From Candidatus Methylomirabilales bacterium (lineage in GTDB: Bacteria; Methylomirabilota; Methylomirabilia; Methylomirabilales; CSP1-5): a stretch of DNA of 51,599 nt. Of this stretch, positions 16,015 to 26,441 are shown in pieces. Position 1 is the stretch's first letter. Each line of letters begins with the position of its first letter. The stretch covers positions 1 through 51,599 of the forward strand of contig JBHIAH010000012.1 of NCBI GenBank assembly GCA_046758505.1, in the 5' to 3' direction. Both the position numbers and the translations under genes were made by a program. A model generated the notes under the pieces. That model did not search any database. It was given only the letters and a program-made list of their open reading frames with translations, and was not told the DNA's origin.

Positions 16015-17730
16015 TCAGCTGAACATCCCCCCCATGCGCGTTCCGGCAACCCGATTGATCACAATCAGGCTGACGGTGGCGACGATGATCAGGATGAACC
16101 CGAGCGCCGCGGCCTCGCTCTGCGAGCCTGTGAGGTAGAACGTAAAAATCCCGAACGGGATCGTCTCCCACCCGCCCAGCGCCAGGAAGAGAGTCGCCGA
16201 GGCTTCCTGCAGCGACGTCATAAATGAGAACAGGGCGCCGACCAAAATTCCTTTCCAGACCATGGGCAGCGTAATGTCCCAGTACGTCCGGAGCCTCGAG
16301 GCGCCGACGGCGCCCGCAGCCTCCTCCAACGACTTGTGAACCAAAAGCAGCGATGAGTAGGACCCACGCACGGTGTACGGTAGGCGGCGCACCGCCAGGA
16401 CGAGCGGTAGGATGATCCAGAGGCTGGTCAGCGGCGTGTCCGTGCCGGGAATGTCGAAATGGAACGCCCGGATGTACGCGATGCCGATCGCGGTCCCGGG
16501 GATCGCCAGGATGAGTGTGTTCAGGGAGTCCAGGGCGGCCCTCCCCCTCGCCTGGGTCCGTGCGAGGATCCAGGCCATCGGCACGCCGATCAGGATGCAA
16601 AGGCCTACCGCCAGCCCCGAGTACAGGAACGTGTTGAAGATGTATTTCGGCGCTTCCGTGCTGACGCGGGCGAAAGAAGCGAGGGTGAACTGCAGCGGCA
16701 ACGGCGTCAGCGACCAGGCCTTGCCGAAGGCGGCTAGCGTGACCCCGATAAAGGGGATGAAGGAGGCGAACATCAGAGCGCTCAGGAACGCCACCGCGCC
16801 CCAGCGCTTGAGCGGGGACAGGCGCCGCCGCTCCACCCTGGAGTAGGCCAGGGACGAATAGTCCTTGATGGCCACGTAACGGCGGGCAGCCAGCAGAAAG
16901 ACAATAGCCAGGATCACCATCAGGGCCGAGATCACGATCCCCATTCGGAACAGGTGGCGGTCTACGAACTGGACGATGTTCAAATACGCCTGGGAGGCCA
17001 GCAGGTCGTGGACACCGACCACCAGGGGTGTTGCAAAGTCCGCAAACGTCAAGATGAAGACGAGTAGCGCGCCCGAAATGTAGCCAGGCGTGGTCAGCGG
17101 CAACGTGATCGTCCGAGTCTTGTACCAGCCCCGCGCCCCCACGCCCTCCGCTGCCTCCTCCAGCGACGGGTCCACCTTGCTCAGGGCGTCCAGGACATTC
17201 AGGGTGATCAGCGGAAACAGATGGAGCGCCTCCACGAGCATGACCCCGTGGATCCCGTACATGAAATTGATGGGTGTGACCACGCCGAACCAGTCGTGAA
17301 GCAGCACGTTTACCGTCCCCGCACGGCCCAGGATGAAGATGAACCCCAACACCCCGACTAAGGGGGGGGAGATAATAGGGATCAGGGTCAGGTAGGAGAA
17401 CAGGTTTCGGAACGGGAACTCGTATCGAACCAGGAGAAAGGCCACGGAGATCCCCAGGATAGATGAGGTGATGACTGTCCCGACACTCAGCCACAGGGAA
17501 TTCCAAAGCGACCGGAGGTAGTACCGGTCCGTGAAAAATTCCTGCAAGTTCTGGAGGGTCAGTTGCCCGGCTTCGTTGGTGAAGGCATCGTAGAAGATTC
17601 GGGTGAGCGGATAGATCAGGAACAGGATGAGGAAAGCCCAGATGAGGCTCATCCCTAGCGCACCGGCCGCGCGGCCTTTCGGAGAACTGACCGCCTCGGA
17701 CACGGCGGCAAGGACCCCGACATTTGCCAT
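16015..17730 (-). CDS. ABC transporter permease, Fe3+ (FbpB)-type with two fused TM modules
   Basis: Two EAA loops (LEEAAEGVGA, LEEAAGAVGA); about 12 TMs. Confidence 0.92.
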   Translation of the reverse strand: MANVGVLAAVSEAVSSPKGRAAGALGMSLIWAFLILFLIYPLTRIFYDAFTNEAGQLTLQNLQEFFTDRYYLRSLWNSLWLSVGTVITSSILGISVAFLLVRYEFPFRNLFSYLTLIPIISPPLVGVLGFIFILGRAGTVNVLLHDWFGVVTPINFMYGIHGVMLVEALHLFPLITLNVLDALSKVDPSLEEAAEGVGARGWYKTRTITLPLTTPGYISGALLVFILTFADFATPLVVGVHDLLASQAYLNIVQFVDRHLFRMGIVISALMVILAIVFLLAARRYVAIKDYSSLAYSRVERRRLSPLKRWGAVAFLSALMFASFIPFIGVTLAAFGKAWSLTPLPLQFTLASFARVSTEAPKYIFNTFLYSGLAVGLCILIGVPMAWILARTQARGRAALDSLNTLILAIPGTAIGIAYIRAFHFDIPGTDTPLTSLWIILPLVLAVRRLPYTVRGSYSSLLLVHKSLEEAAGAVGASRLRTYWDITLPMVWKGILVGALFSFMTSLQEASATLFLALGGWETIPFGIFTFYLTGSQSEAAALGFILIIVATVSLIVINRVAGTRMGGMFS

Positions 17731-17737
17731 GGCAGGG

Positions 17738-18823
17738 TTACTCCTTGGGAATCGCTAGGGTGCTGGTGACCGGGAAGCTGACCGTGACCCGACTCCCCTG
17801 GGCCAGCGTCTGGTGATGGCGAGGGTCGTTGATATCGACCTTCAACACTACACCCCCCGCCGTCTCCACATCGTAACGGATGATATTCCCCAGGTAGGAG
17901 GCAAAGGAGATGATGCCGGTCACACGATTCGGCTTGTCGGCCCCGGCGCTGGCACTGCCGTCGAAAGTGACATTCTCCGGACGGATGCAGAGGACACAGG
18001 GTTGGCCCGTCTCCGGGCGAGCCTCATACAGGCCGACCAGTTCTCCGAGTGGCGTCTCGACCCGTAGCTGGTGCGCCACTGGATCCACAGTCTGGACTGT
18101 CCCCTCGATGAGGTTGTTGGTGCCGATGAAGTCCGCTACGAAGCGCGTCGCGGGCTGCTCGTACAGGTCCTTGGGCGTCCCGACCTGAAGTACCCTTCCT
18201 CGGTCGATGACCGCGATCCGGTCGGACAGGGACAGTGCCTCTTCCTGGTCGTGGGTCACGTAGATCGTCGTGATCCCGAGTTCTTTTTGCAGTCTCCGGA
18301 TCTCAGCCCGCACCTGAATCCGGATCTTCGCGTCCAGGTTCGACAACGGCTCATCCAGGAGCAGGACATGGGGGTTCAGCACCAAAGCGCGCGCCAGTGC
18401 CACCCGTTGCTGCTGGCCCGCGGACAACTGACCCGGGTAGCGCTGCTCCAGCCCGGTCAGATTGACCTTGGCCAGAACGTCCCGCACCTGCTCCGAGATT
18501 TCCCTGGAGGATAGCCGCTTCAGCTTTAACCCATAGACCACGTTCTGGTGGACGCTCATGTGGGGCCAGAGCGCGTAGTTCTGGAACACCATCCCGATGT
18601 TCCGCTCGTATGGCGGGACCTTGTGCATCGGTCGGTCCCTGAACCGGATGCGGCCTTCGTCCGGATAGTAGAAGCCGGCGACCAGCCGGAGCAAGGTAGT
18701 CTTGCCGCATCCAGAAGGTCCCAGTAGGGTGAATAACTCACCCTCCCGAATGTCCAATGTGACGTGGCTGACCGCTTCTAGTTCGCCGAACCGCTTGGTG
18801 ACGTCCTCAATCAGGATGTGCAT
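17738..18823 (-). CDS. ABC transporter ATP-binding subunit (FbpC/PotA family, TOBE tail)
   Basis: GPSGCGKT, VFQNYALWPH, LSAGQQQR, LLLDEP and YVTHDQEEA motifs. Confidence 0.95.
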   Translation of the reverse strand: MHILIEDVTKRFGELEAVSHVTLDIREGELFTLLGPSGCGKTTLLRLVAGFYYPDEGRIRFRDRPMHKVPPYERNIGMVFQNYALWPHMSVHQNVVYGLKLKRLSSREISEQVRDVLAKVNLTGLEQRYPGQLSAGQQQRVALARALVLNPHVLLLDEPLSNLDAKIRIQVRAEIRRLQKELGITTIYVTHDQEEALSLSDRIAVIDRGRVLQVGTPKDLYEQPATRFVADFIGTNNLIEGTVQTVDPVAHQLRVETPLGELVGLYEARPETGQPCVLCIRPENVTFDGSASAGADKPNRVTGIISFASYLGNIIRYDVETAGGVVLKVDINDPRHHQTLAQGSRVTVSFPVTSTLAIPKE

Positions 18824-18852
18824 GCTGCTGGATGGGGACGGGTCAGCAGCAG

Positions 18853-19998
18853 TTATCTCTTCTTGAGCTCTTCCAGACGGCTTTCGATCCTCCTCCGGAA
18901 CTCCCGGTTGACCTCCTGGTACCGGGATCGGGCGACCGCATCGTCGTACACATTCCGCACGTCGAGGTCGAAGAACGAGCGGACGCCGCCCATGAACTCC
19001 ACCGCCTTTTCCTCCACGGAGCCGGGAGCTCCCTGCATCCGGTAGCCGGGAATGATGGAAAACAAGCCAATTCCCATGAACGCCCGTTGCCCGGCCTCCG
19101 TAAGCATGAACTCAATGAATGCCTGGGCGGCACGCGGGTGCCGGGCGCCCGCGAGCACGCCCCAGACTTCCGGGGCGACGTAGGAGTTCGGGGCGAACAC
19201 GAAACGGATGGGAAACCCTTGCAGGCGCTCATCGAAGGCGCCAATACTCGGCACTGCGAACCCTGCGGCGAACTCCCCCTTTGCGACTACAGCGGGCACG
19301 TCACGGCTCCGAGCCGTGAACATCCCCGTGCGAGCCGCCAATCGTTCTAGCCATTCCCAACCCTTCTCCAGCCCGAGGTCTTGCAAGAAGACTTCGTACA
19401 GGGCATGGTTGGAGCTGGACCGGGTTGGGGCGCACTGGGCGATTCTCCCGCGCAGCTTCGGGTCGAAGAGATCGTTCCAATCCGCCGGCGGCGGGAGCCC
19501 CATCCGCTCGTAGAGCCGCTCGTTGTACACGAGGCCGTAGACTTGAAACGCGCTGCCGACCCAGAGCCGCTTCGGGTCCCTGAGGGGTATCGGCTTCGGC
19601 GCTCCGATCTTGGCCGGGATCTGCTTCCAGAGGGGTGCGGGCACTGTCAAGGGAGTCAAAAGCCCCCTCGCTCCCAGGTCGTCGTAAAGGGTGCTCTCGC
19701 CACCCCAGAAGATGTCAGCCTGCGGGCGACCTTTCCACTCGACGACCCGGCCGTAGGCGATAGGGGTTCCCGCGGTCAAGGTGTTGACGGTGACGGCGAT
19801 CCCCCAGCGCTGCCGCGCGTAGGCTTTGAAGGCGGAGATGGCCGCGTCGGCCATCCGCTTTGGGATCGTCGCAAGGATCACCAGCTCCTTCTCGATGGGG
19901 GGGGCGCTCTGCGCTGCCACATCGGATAATGCGCCCGACCCAAGGAGCACGACGGTCAATAATCCCGGGATCCACCACCGAATTCGCATCGTTCCCAT
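18853..19998 (-). CDS. ABC transporter substrate-binding protein (Fbp/AfuA/thiamine-like class)
   Basis: Signal peptide; PQADIFWGG, GLVYN, WNDLFDP, PTRSSS and AQAFIEFML motifs. GGAGG before ATG 19998. Confidence 0.88.
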   Translation of the reverse strand: MGTMRIRWWIPGLLTVVLLGSGALSDVAAQSAPPIEKELVILATIPKRMADAAISAFKAYARQRWGIAVTVNTLTAGTPIAYGRVVEWKGRPQADIFWGGESTLYDDLGARGLLTPLTVPAPLWKQIPAKIGAPKPIPLRDPKRLWVGSAFQVYGLVYNERLYERMGLPPPADWNDLFDPKLRGRIAQCAPTRSSSNHALYEVFLQDLGLEKGWEWLERLAARTGMFTARSRDVPAVVAKGEFAAGFAVPSIGAFDERLQGFPIRFVFAPNSYVAPEVWGVLAGARHPRAAQAFIEFMLTEAGQRAFMGIGLFSIIPGYRMQGAPGSVEEKAVEFMGGVRSFFDLDVRNVYDDAVARSRYQEVNREFRRRIESRLEELKKR

Positions 19999-20057
19999 GT
20001 GATCCTCCACGCCGGACTCCGAGGCGTCGCGACTTGGCTGCCAGCCGCCGGGGCGAC

Positions 20058-20765
20058 TCAATAAATATGAAGGGTCAGCGCCGGCCTGTTCCGCACATCG
20101 TCCAGGCGCGGTCGCCCCTCAACCACCCGCACCTGGCGATCGTGGCCTGGGATGATGGCATCCACGGATGCCAACAGTCGATCGATCGACCGGCTGGCCT
20201 GTTCCTGGTCACACACCGCGCTCGGGTACACCTGTCCAGTGATCAACTCGCTGATGCTCTTGGCCGCGTCGGATGCGATGGCCACCCTGCCGGTCGGTGT
20301 CTCAGCGATCGCCGACATCGTGCCCGGGGTGTGGCCGGGAGTGAAGAGGAGCCGCAGGTCAGGGGCGAGCGAGATTTCCGCGTCTACCGTCTCGGCCTTC
20401 AGGCGATTGAGCAAGCCATCCGGATCGTCAATGACATACGGATCCCCATACGGCGTCTGGCGGACAGCCCAGTCGGCAAACTCGTACTCTGCCTTGCTGA
20501 CGAGGACTCTAGCGGAGGTGAAGAATCGCGCGTTGATGCAGTGGTCGAAATGCAGATGCGTCAAGATCAGGATGTGAATGTCATCCGGACGCAGGCCGCG
20601 CCGTTGTAGCGCCTCGAAGAGCTGCACCCGGTCAGCGTAGGAGGCGCAGTCTACGAGGACCTTGGCACCCTCATCCGTGCTCACCAACGTGCAGGAACTG
20701 TATCCGATCGAACCCCGCGCCGTCCGCAGCGGATAGCCGGGAAGAACGATGTCCACCGTGGCCAT
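20058..20765 (-). CDS. MBL-fold metallo-hydrolase (lactonase-like)
   Basis: THLHFDH, TPGHTPG, SDA and IIPGHD motifs. GGAGG before ATG 20765. Confidence 0.9.
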   Translation of the reverse strand: MATVDIVLPGYPLRTARGSIGYSSCTLVSTDEGAKVLVDCASYADRVQLFEALQRRGLRPDDIHILILTHLHFDHCINARFFTSARVLVSKAEYEFADWAVRQTPYGDPYVIDDPDGLLNRLKAETVDAEISLAPDLRLLFTPGHTPGTMSAIAETPTGRVAIASDAAKSISELITGQVYPSAVCDQEQASRSIDRLLASVDAIIPGHDRQVRVVEGRPRLDDVRNRPALTLHIY

Positions 20766-20905
20766 GCAGAACCTCCGGATCTCGCTAACGCGAAGATAGA
20801 CTCCTCTCTCCCAGCCATCGTCGCCTCCACTCAACTGATTGAGTGTCGGCGCACTGTCGATCGTCCGGCGTTCCGGAGTTTCGCGTTCCCCCCTTGTACC
20901 TCGCC

Positions 20906-20971
20906 GGGCGTTATAGCTCCAGGGCCATTTGCCTTAAATTGGTGGCCCGATTGCACTAGTCCGCTCTCATG
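20906..20971 (-). promoter_or_regulatory. Putative promoter/operator, copy B, upstream of the MBL-ABC operon
   Basis: Minus strand TTTAAG-N17-TATAAC preceded by the palindrome AATCGG-GCCA-CCAATT; homologous to 2991-3056. Confidence 0.6.
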
Positions 20972-23381
20972 CCCGTCGGCGAACCCCGCGGATCAGCCAC
21001 CACTCCGCCAGCCCCACCACCCCGATGCCGAAGACAGCGTAAAGGTAAACAGTCACGGGCATGGCGGCCTCCAGGACGATGAAGTTCCACGAGGACAGGG
21101 ACATCATCAGTCCCTTCTCGCCGTTTGAGCCGTCCCAGGCCTGGATCGCGAAGGGAATGAGCCTCCCGAGCTCAAACGTCACGTCGCCGGTCCGGTCGTG
21201 GGGAACCAGGGAGCGCGTCACCACCACCCGCCACCGGCCCCGCCGCCACACCCCCTTGCCCGTAACATCCTGCGCCTCCCGTGAGGCCTCCACCACCGGC
21301 CGCTGAAATCCCTCTCCGCGCTCCTTGACCACGGGGCTGCCCCCGGCCTCGTTCAGGTCGGCCTTCCAGTGCCACAGCGCCACGGGCCGCCCGGGGCTGC
21401 CGAGGAAGAAATGCGGCCGCACAGGGCCCTCGGGAATGGTCAGCGGAAACTGAAGCCGCACGGCGTCACGCAGGCGTTCGCTCCGCTTCTCGGTCAGATC
21501 GAGCTTGGGGTACGTGAACTCGCCCAGCTCCGGACCCGGGCCCGGCTGATGCTGGACATCCTTCACGGGATCATCCCACTCCAGGAGAAAGGCGATGGCC
21601 TGGTCGTTATAGAGGGCCCGGACTGTCACGGCGTCCACGGAGTGATTCTCCCAGCGCGGCTTGGCCAGCACCTGGCCCGCCAGCGGCACCGCGAGGAAGG
21701 GTGCCTGGCGCCACTGTGGGTCATCCGGGTCCCTCGGCAGCTCCGCCGCGACTTTCGGCACCCTGAGGGCCAGGGCGGCTGACGGCTCCTCCGGGGTCTG
21801 CAGGGCCTTCACGTAGTGGGCCAGCGCCCAGCGGTCCTCCTCCGAGAAGGTGTCGGCATAGGAGGGCATCGGCGTGCCGTCCATTCCGGTGGAGAAGCGC
21901 ATGAAGATCTTCTGCACCTCGCGCCCGCCCTTGATCCGCCACCCTTTCGTGAAGTCGGCCGGCCGGATGGAGCGGTCCAGGTCATCCTTCAGCGTGGGCG
22001 CCGAGGGGCCGTCCGCGCGCCCCTCGTCGCCGTGGCACTCCCAGCACTTGGCCAGCCGGTAGAGCTCCTTCCCCCGGGCGAGCAGTTCGGGTGACGCGGA
22101 GACCTCCCGGGTCGGCTGGACCACGATGCCCGGCTCCTCAAACATATCTGGAGCAAACGTTTTGATGTAATAGATCACCCGCCACCGGTCGGCCTCCGAG
22201 AGCGTGGTCCAGCCAGACATCGCCGTGCCGGGCACCCCGCGCGTCACCACCCGGAAGAGATCCTCATCCGTAGGCGGCTCGCCCGACTCGGTAGTGCGGA
22301 GCTTGTAGATCCCTGCTGTGAAGTCGCGCGGGCGCGGGTTCAGGTAGGGCGCCACCGGCCCCTGGCCGTCTCCTTCCTCACCGTGGCAGACCTGGCAGCG
22401 CTTCACGTAGATTCGTCTTCCCCTCTCGATGTTCTCCGGCGTCTCCGATGGTCGGGCCTGGGCCCAGGCGGAGGACGGCCCAAGCCCGCCCCACGACCCT
22501 ACCGCGATGGTCCCGGGACCGGTTGCCTCGATCTTCTCGGGCTTCCGGGGCTCGACCCCTGCCAGGTCATAGGCCGCCAGGATCGCCTTCCATTTCTGCT
22601 CCTCAGTGAGATCCTCCTTCCAGATCGGCATCGCCGAGTCCCACGGGGTCGCCCCAGGCGGCAGCCCAGGGCCCCCTTCGGTGACGCGCCAGAAGGCGTA
22701 GGCTTCGACGACGGTGGCAATCGTGCCCGGATCGGTGAAGTCGGCCGGCTTCAGGCGAAAGCCCCAGCCCATGGGACCCGAGCCGTCGGCGGGGTCCCCG
22801 TGACAGGGCCGACAGTTGATCTGGAAGATCACCCGCCCCTCGGCGAGCGCGGCCTCCTGAAACGCGCCTCGCGCCTCCTCCAGAGGTCCCTCGAAGCCGA
22901 CCTTGCCCACCCACTCCTTCACCATCTCTTCACTCGGCTCGCGGAAGGGGTTCTTCAACCGCTCATACGCGCCGGGGATGGTGGGATGTTGGATTCTGAG
23001 GATTGTGGGGCTCTGGACTCGAGGAACGGCGCGCGCGTAGACGAAGCCTCCGGCCGTCAGCGGGATGAGGAGGAGGAGAATCAGGCGCGCCCTCCCCAGG
23101 AACCGCGCGTTCTGGCCGCGTGGATCCGGACCACGGAGGAAGGCCACGACCGGCCTGACAAACTCCCGGATGAACTCATCGCTCATGGTGATGTAGACCA
23201 GGGCACCCACCACCGCCAGGAGCCCGTACATGAAGAGGACGGCCCCGGGGACCGGGAGCGGCCGCTCCCTCCCGGTAAACCACATGGTCGCGTAGGGAAG
23301 AGCGTATTGAAGGCTCAGCCACACGACCGCCAGGGCAATCAGGGTGCTCCAGAAGAGGGGGATTCGGCGCCGGCGGCTCAT
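20967..23381 (-). CDS. Membrane-anchored triheme cytochrome c with C-terminal EB_dh (EbdC/NxrC-like DOMON) domain
   Basis: Three N-terminal TMs; CRPCH, CQVCH and CWECH; EWDDP..DAVRLQFP..WHWKAD..WRVVVTR..AWDGSNGE; C-terminal TM. Confidence 0.88.
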   Translation of the reverse strand: MSRRRRIPLFWSTLIALAVVWLSLQYALPYATMWFTGRERPLPVPGAVLFMYGLLAVVGALVYITMSDEFIREFVRPVVAFLRGPDPRGQNARFLGRARLILLLLIPLTAGGFVYARAVPRVQSPTILRIQHPTIPGAYERLKNPFREPSEEMVKEWVGKVGFEGPLEEARGAFQEAALAEGRVIFQINCRPCHGDPADGSGPMGWGFRLKPADFTDPGTIATVVEAYAFWRVTEGGPGLPPGATPWDSAMPIWKEDLTEEQKWKAILAAYDLAGVEPRKPEKIEATGPGTIAVGSWGGLGPSSAWAQARPSETPENIERGRRIYVKRCQVCHGEEGDGQGPVAPYLNPRPRDFTAGIYKLRTTESGEPPTDEDLFRVVTRGVPGTAMSGWTTLSEADRWRVIYYIKTFAPDMFEEPGIVVQPTREVSASPELLARGKELYRLAKCWECHGDEGRADGPSAPTLKDDLDRSIRPADFTKGWRIKGGREVQKIFMRFSTGMDGTPMPSYADTFSEEDRWALAHYVKALQTPEEPSAALALRVPKVAAELPRDPDDPQWRQAPFLAVPLAGQVLAKPRWENHSVDAVTVRALYNDQAIAFLLEWDDPVKDVQHQPGPGPELGEFTYPKLDLTEKRSERLRDAVRLQFPLTIPEGPVRPHFFLGSPGRPVALWHWKADLNEAGGSPVVKERGEGFQRPVVEASREAQDVTGKGVWRRGRWRVVVTRSLVPHDRTGDVTFELGRLIPFAIQAWDGSNGEKGLMMSLSSWNFIVLEAAMPVTVYLYAVFGIGVVGLAEWWLIRGVRRRA

Positions 23382-24373
23382 TTCAGAGTCTGGAGAAATG
23401 CCACGATGTCGTGAAGCTCCTCCACCGTGAGGATCTCCTTGAAGTTCTCCGGCATCAGCGAGGTCGTCTGGGGAACTTTCTGCTTGATCTCCTCCTTGGG
23501 GATCGTCACCACCTCCCCCTGGCTGTCCACTACCTGAATTCCCCCCTCGTCCTCCCCCTTGAGGATGCCGGTGATGTAGCGATCGTTCTTGGTGATGACG
23601 AGGATCGGCTCATAGCCGGAGGCGATCACCTTGGATGAGTCCAGGATCGACTCGATGAGGAACGTCAGATCCCGGGTGCCGGCGACGTGCGTCAGCTCAG
23701 GGCCCACGTCCCCGCCCTCGCCGTTGATGGTGTGGCACTTGGCACACCCCGCACTCGACTCGGGATCGAAGAAGAGCTCCTCCCCGCTCTCGGGATCGCC
23801 TGGAATGTACAGCCTCAGCGCTTCGGCCTCTCCCGCACGTGCGAGGCGAGCCAGGAGCCCCGCCGGAAGCTTGATGGCCGCCACATCCACGGTCCCGCCG
23901 AGGCTCTGGAGATAGGCAATGACGGCCCTAATCGCGTCTGGCGTGAGGCGGATGGGCGGGCGGAGGGGGTTAGGCATCTCGTTCTTGTATCCCTCAACCA
24001 CGTACGCCCCAGGCTCCAGCAACGACTCCACGAGATAGTCCGTCGCCGAGTAGGGCTTCCCTGTGGCCGTCGTGCGCTCCTTGGCCCGCTCAACAGCCCG
24101 CGCCCCGATCGCCAGCCCGAGGGGGCCCGGATCGCCCTGGTTGGGGGCCCGGATGGCGTTCCCCCGGCTCCCCACCGCGTGGCAGGTATAGCATTTCCCT
24201 TTCCCCCAGAAAATGGTTTCGCCGGCCTCTGGAGTGACGTTCTCCGCGGTGATCACCCCCGGGGCTCGCCGCTCTCGTTCACCGGAGATCCGGGTGAGCA
24301 CCTCGCCGATCCAGACGAAGACCAAAACAAGGGCGATGGTAAAGATGACCACCCCCATGAACGGCCGCCTCAC
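23378..24373 (-). CDS. Membrane-anchored diheme cytochrome c
   Basis: C-terminal part of ORF 23378..25885. GTG 24373 overlaps the upstream TGA. N-terminal TM, CYTCH..EMP and CAKCH..GPEL..SLMP. Confidence 0.88.
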   Translation of the reverse strand: MRRPFMGVVIFTIALVLVFVWIGEVLTRISGERERRAPGVITAENVTPEAGETIFWGKGKCYTCHAVGSRGNAIRAPNQGDPGPLGLAIGARAVERAKERTTATGKPYSATDYLVESLLEPGAYVVEGYKNEMPNPLRPPIRLTPDAIRAVIAYLQSLGGTVDVAAIKLPAGLLARLARAGEAEALRLYIPGDPESGEELFFDPESSAGCAKCHTINGEGGDVGPELTHVAGTRDLTFLIESILDSSKVIASGYEPILVITKNDRYITGILKGEDEGGIQVVDSQGEVVTIPKEEIKQKVPQTTSLMPENFKEILTVEELHDIVAFLQTLK

Positions 24374-26418
24374 CGCCGAGTCCCTCCGGTGAGGGGGTGG
24401 ACTGACTCGGGGACCAGGGCCTCGGTGACCTCTTTCTTCTCCCCCAGCCCGGCCAGCCAGAAGACAAAGGTCACCAGCCCCAGGAAGAGCAACACGATCC
24501 CTCCCACGACCCGCGCCATGTAGGCCATCGTGGGGGTGAACGCCCACGCCGAGGTGTCCTGGAGGACGGCGTAGACATGCCAGTCCTCCCGGAGCCCGGA
24601 GCGAATGAAGCCCATCAGCCCCATCAGCAGCACGATGGCCACGCAGAGCAAAATCAAGGCGTACTGCGAGCGCACCGGCATCCGCCCCCACCGGATCCCC
24701 CCCACCACCTCCGCCCCCCGGAAGAGCAGCAGATCGATTGTCGTGTTCCACAGCAGACACACCATCACCATGAGCCACTGCGCCACGGCGAGGTTGCGCA
24801 GAAACGGGTTCGCCTTCTCCATGATCACGAAGCCATAGATCCCGAGGACGAACACCGACGCCAGGATGGTCGAGGCGAAGAAGAGAGCCTGGGCCACTTT
24901 GCCCCGATCCCAGAGGGTCAGGACCCCCGTGAGCAGCACCATGCCGATCTGCCCCAGCAGGAGATACGCCGGCAGCGCGAAGTAGCGGGCGCGGTCCGGA
25001 GACAGGTCGAGGCCCTCGGGGTCCAGGGTCAAGAGGCCCCGGGCATACCACGCCAGGACCACGATCGAAACGGCCGCCCCCGCAGCCAGGACGATCTTCC
25101 CTCCGGCTCCATGCTCGGCGAAGGGCCGCGTGCTCCCCTTGTTGCCGCGCCGGTAGATCAGGAAGGAAAAGAAGGTCGAGAGGATGATGAGGTTCACCGC
25201 CGCGTTCTTGGCCGACATGAGGCCGAAGTATTTGAGGAAGGGATGGAACTGGCCACCCAGGGCCAGCTGCTCCTCGCCCGTGAGGGGGATGTTCCGGGGG
25301 GTCAGCCAGATCGCAAAGCAGAGCAGCAGGATCACGTTGATGTACTTGATGTACGGCTGATAGCGCTCGGCCCCGCTGATCCGCCCCATCCCCGACCAAA
25401 GGTAGTAGTTGCCGCCGATGAACAGCATCCCGATCAGGATGGCCTGGATGATGAAGGTCCAGGAAAACGCCCCGCCCATCATGTTGTTCCCCATCACCGG
25501 GCTCGCGGAGTACACCTCCCGTCCCAGGTAGTAGCCGGCAAACGGCAGCGGAATCAGGGCGGCCAGCCCCACGAAGTTCCCCACGTACCCCATCCAATCG
25601 TAGTGCGCGCGCTCCCCCTCGCTCCTGGCCCCCAGGAACCTGACGGCCGCGTAGGCCCCGACGATGAAGCCGCCAAAGGCAATGTTGGCGATGAACCGGT
25701 GGATGGCCAGGGGGATCCAGAGGGGGTTCGCTACCGCCTGCCACGTGGTCCCCACAAACTGGAACGTCTCCTGGTCGATCCCGCTGGGGGTCATCATGTA
25801 GGAGACCCAGGCGTTCGCCAGGAGCATGAGCAGCGTGCCCCAGAGGTTCAGCAGAATCCCCAGGAGGACGTGAAGCCCCTTCCACCGGCCCTGCATCCGG
25901 CCCCAGCCGTAGTAGTAAAGGTAGAGGGTGAAGCCCTCCGCGAAGAAGAGGAGGCCGTAGAGGTAGTAGGTCGTGTGGAAGATCGAGGTGAGGAAGGCCA
26001 TGAACGTCGGGTAGAGGCCGAACAGAGAGAAGACGAGCAGGCCCCCGAAGGCCGCCGTCGTGGAGAAGGCGGCGGAGAGGAGGGCGGTGAACTCATGGGC
26101 CAGGCGATCATAGCGGGCATCCCCGCCCCGCCAGCCGACGATCTCCGCGATCGAGGCGAAGATCGGGACGCCCAGGACGAAGGCCCCGAACATCAAGTGG
26201 AGCTGGGTGATGATCCAGATGACGAGGCGGGAGTTCCCGCCGAAGAAGGTTTGATAATCGGGGGAGAGCCGAGGTTGAGCAGCAGCTAAGCTTGTCGATC
26301 CCGCAGTGGACGGGTCAGCGGCAAGGACGGGGGCAGCAAGGATCGCCAGGACCCAGAGGCCCAAGGCCGCCAGGGTCGCCACCCGCCACGCTTGCACTCC
26401 CCCCCTCAGAGTGGTCAT
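24370..26418 (-). CDS. Second CydA-like ('bd-like') membrane protein, with N-terminal leader and extra TMs
   Basis: QLHLMFGAFVLG, EGFTLYLYYY, SYMMTP, NPLWIPLAIHRFIAN, MSAKNAA and MGLMGFIRSGLR..WHVY motifs. Paralog of 5205..6659. Confidence 0.87.
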   Translation of the reverse strand: MTTLRGGVQAWRVATLAALGLWVLAILAAPVLAADPSTAGSTSLAAAQPRLSPDYQTFFGGNSRLVIWIITQLHLMFGAFVLGVPIFASIAEIVGWRGGDARYDRLAHEFTALLSAAFSTTAAFGGLLVFSLFGLYPTFMAFLTSIFHTTYYLYGLLFFAEGFTLYLYYYGWGRMQGRWKGLHVLLGILLNLWGTLLMLLANAWVSYMMTPSGIDQETFQFVGTTWQAVANPLWIPLAIHRFIANIAFGGFIVGAYAAVRFLGARSEGERAHYDWMGYVGNFVGLAALIPLPFAGYYLGREVYSASPVMGNNMMGGAFSWTFIIQAILIGMLFIGGNYYLWSGMGRISGAERYQPYIKYINVILLLCFAIWLTPRNIPLTGEEQLALGGQFHPFLKYFGLMSAKNAAVNLIILSTFFSFLIYRRGNKGSTRPFAEHGAGGKIVLAAGAAVSIVVLAWYARGLLTLDPEGLDLSPDRARYFALPAYLLLGQIGMVLLTGVLTLWDRGKVAQALFFASTILASVFVLGIYGFVIMEKANPFLRNLAVAQWLMVMVCLLWNTTIDLLLFRGAEVVGGIRWGRMPVRSQYALILLCVAIVLLMGLMGFIRSGLREDWHVYAVLQDTSAWAFTPTMAYMARVVGGIVLLFLGLVTFVFWLAGLGEKKEVTEALVPESVHPLTGGTRR

Positions 26419-26441
26419 GCGTCCCGCGCCCCCCTCAAGGA

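Noticed and set aside
17738..18823. ABC signature LSAGQ instead of LSGGQ
   Set aside because: This is a tolerated variant and all other ATPase motifs are intact.
20828..20845. Palindrome CACTCAA-CTGA-TTGAGTG in the MBL operon leader
   Set aside because: It occurs once, with no U-tract and no second copy, so its function cannot be supported.
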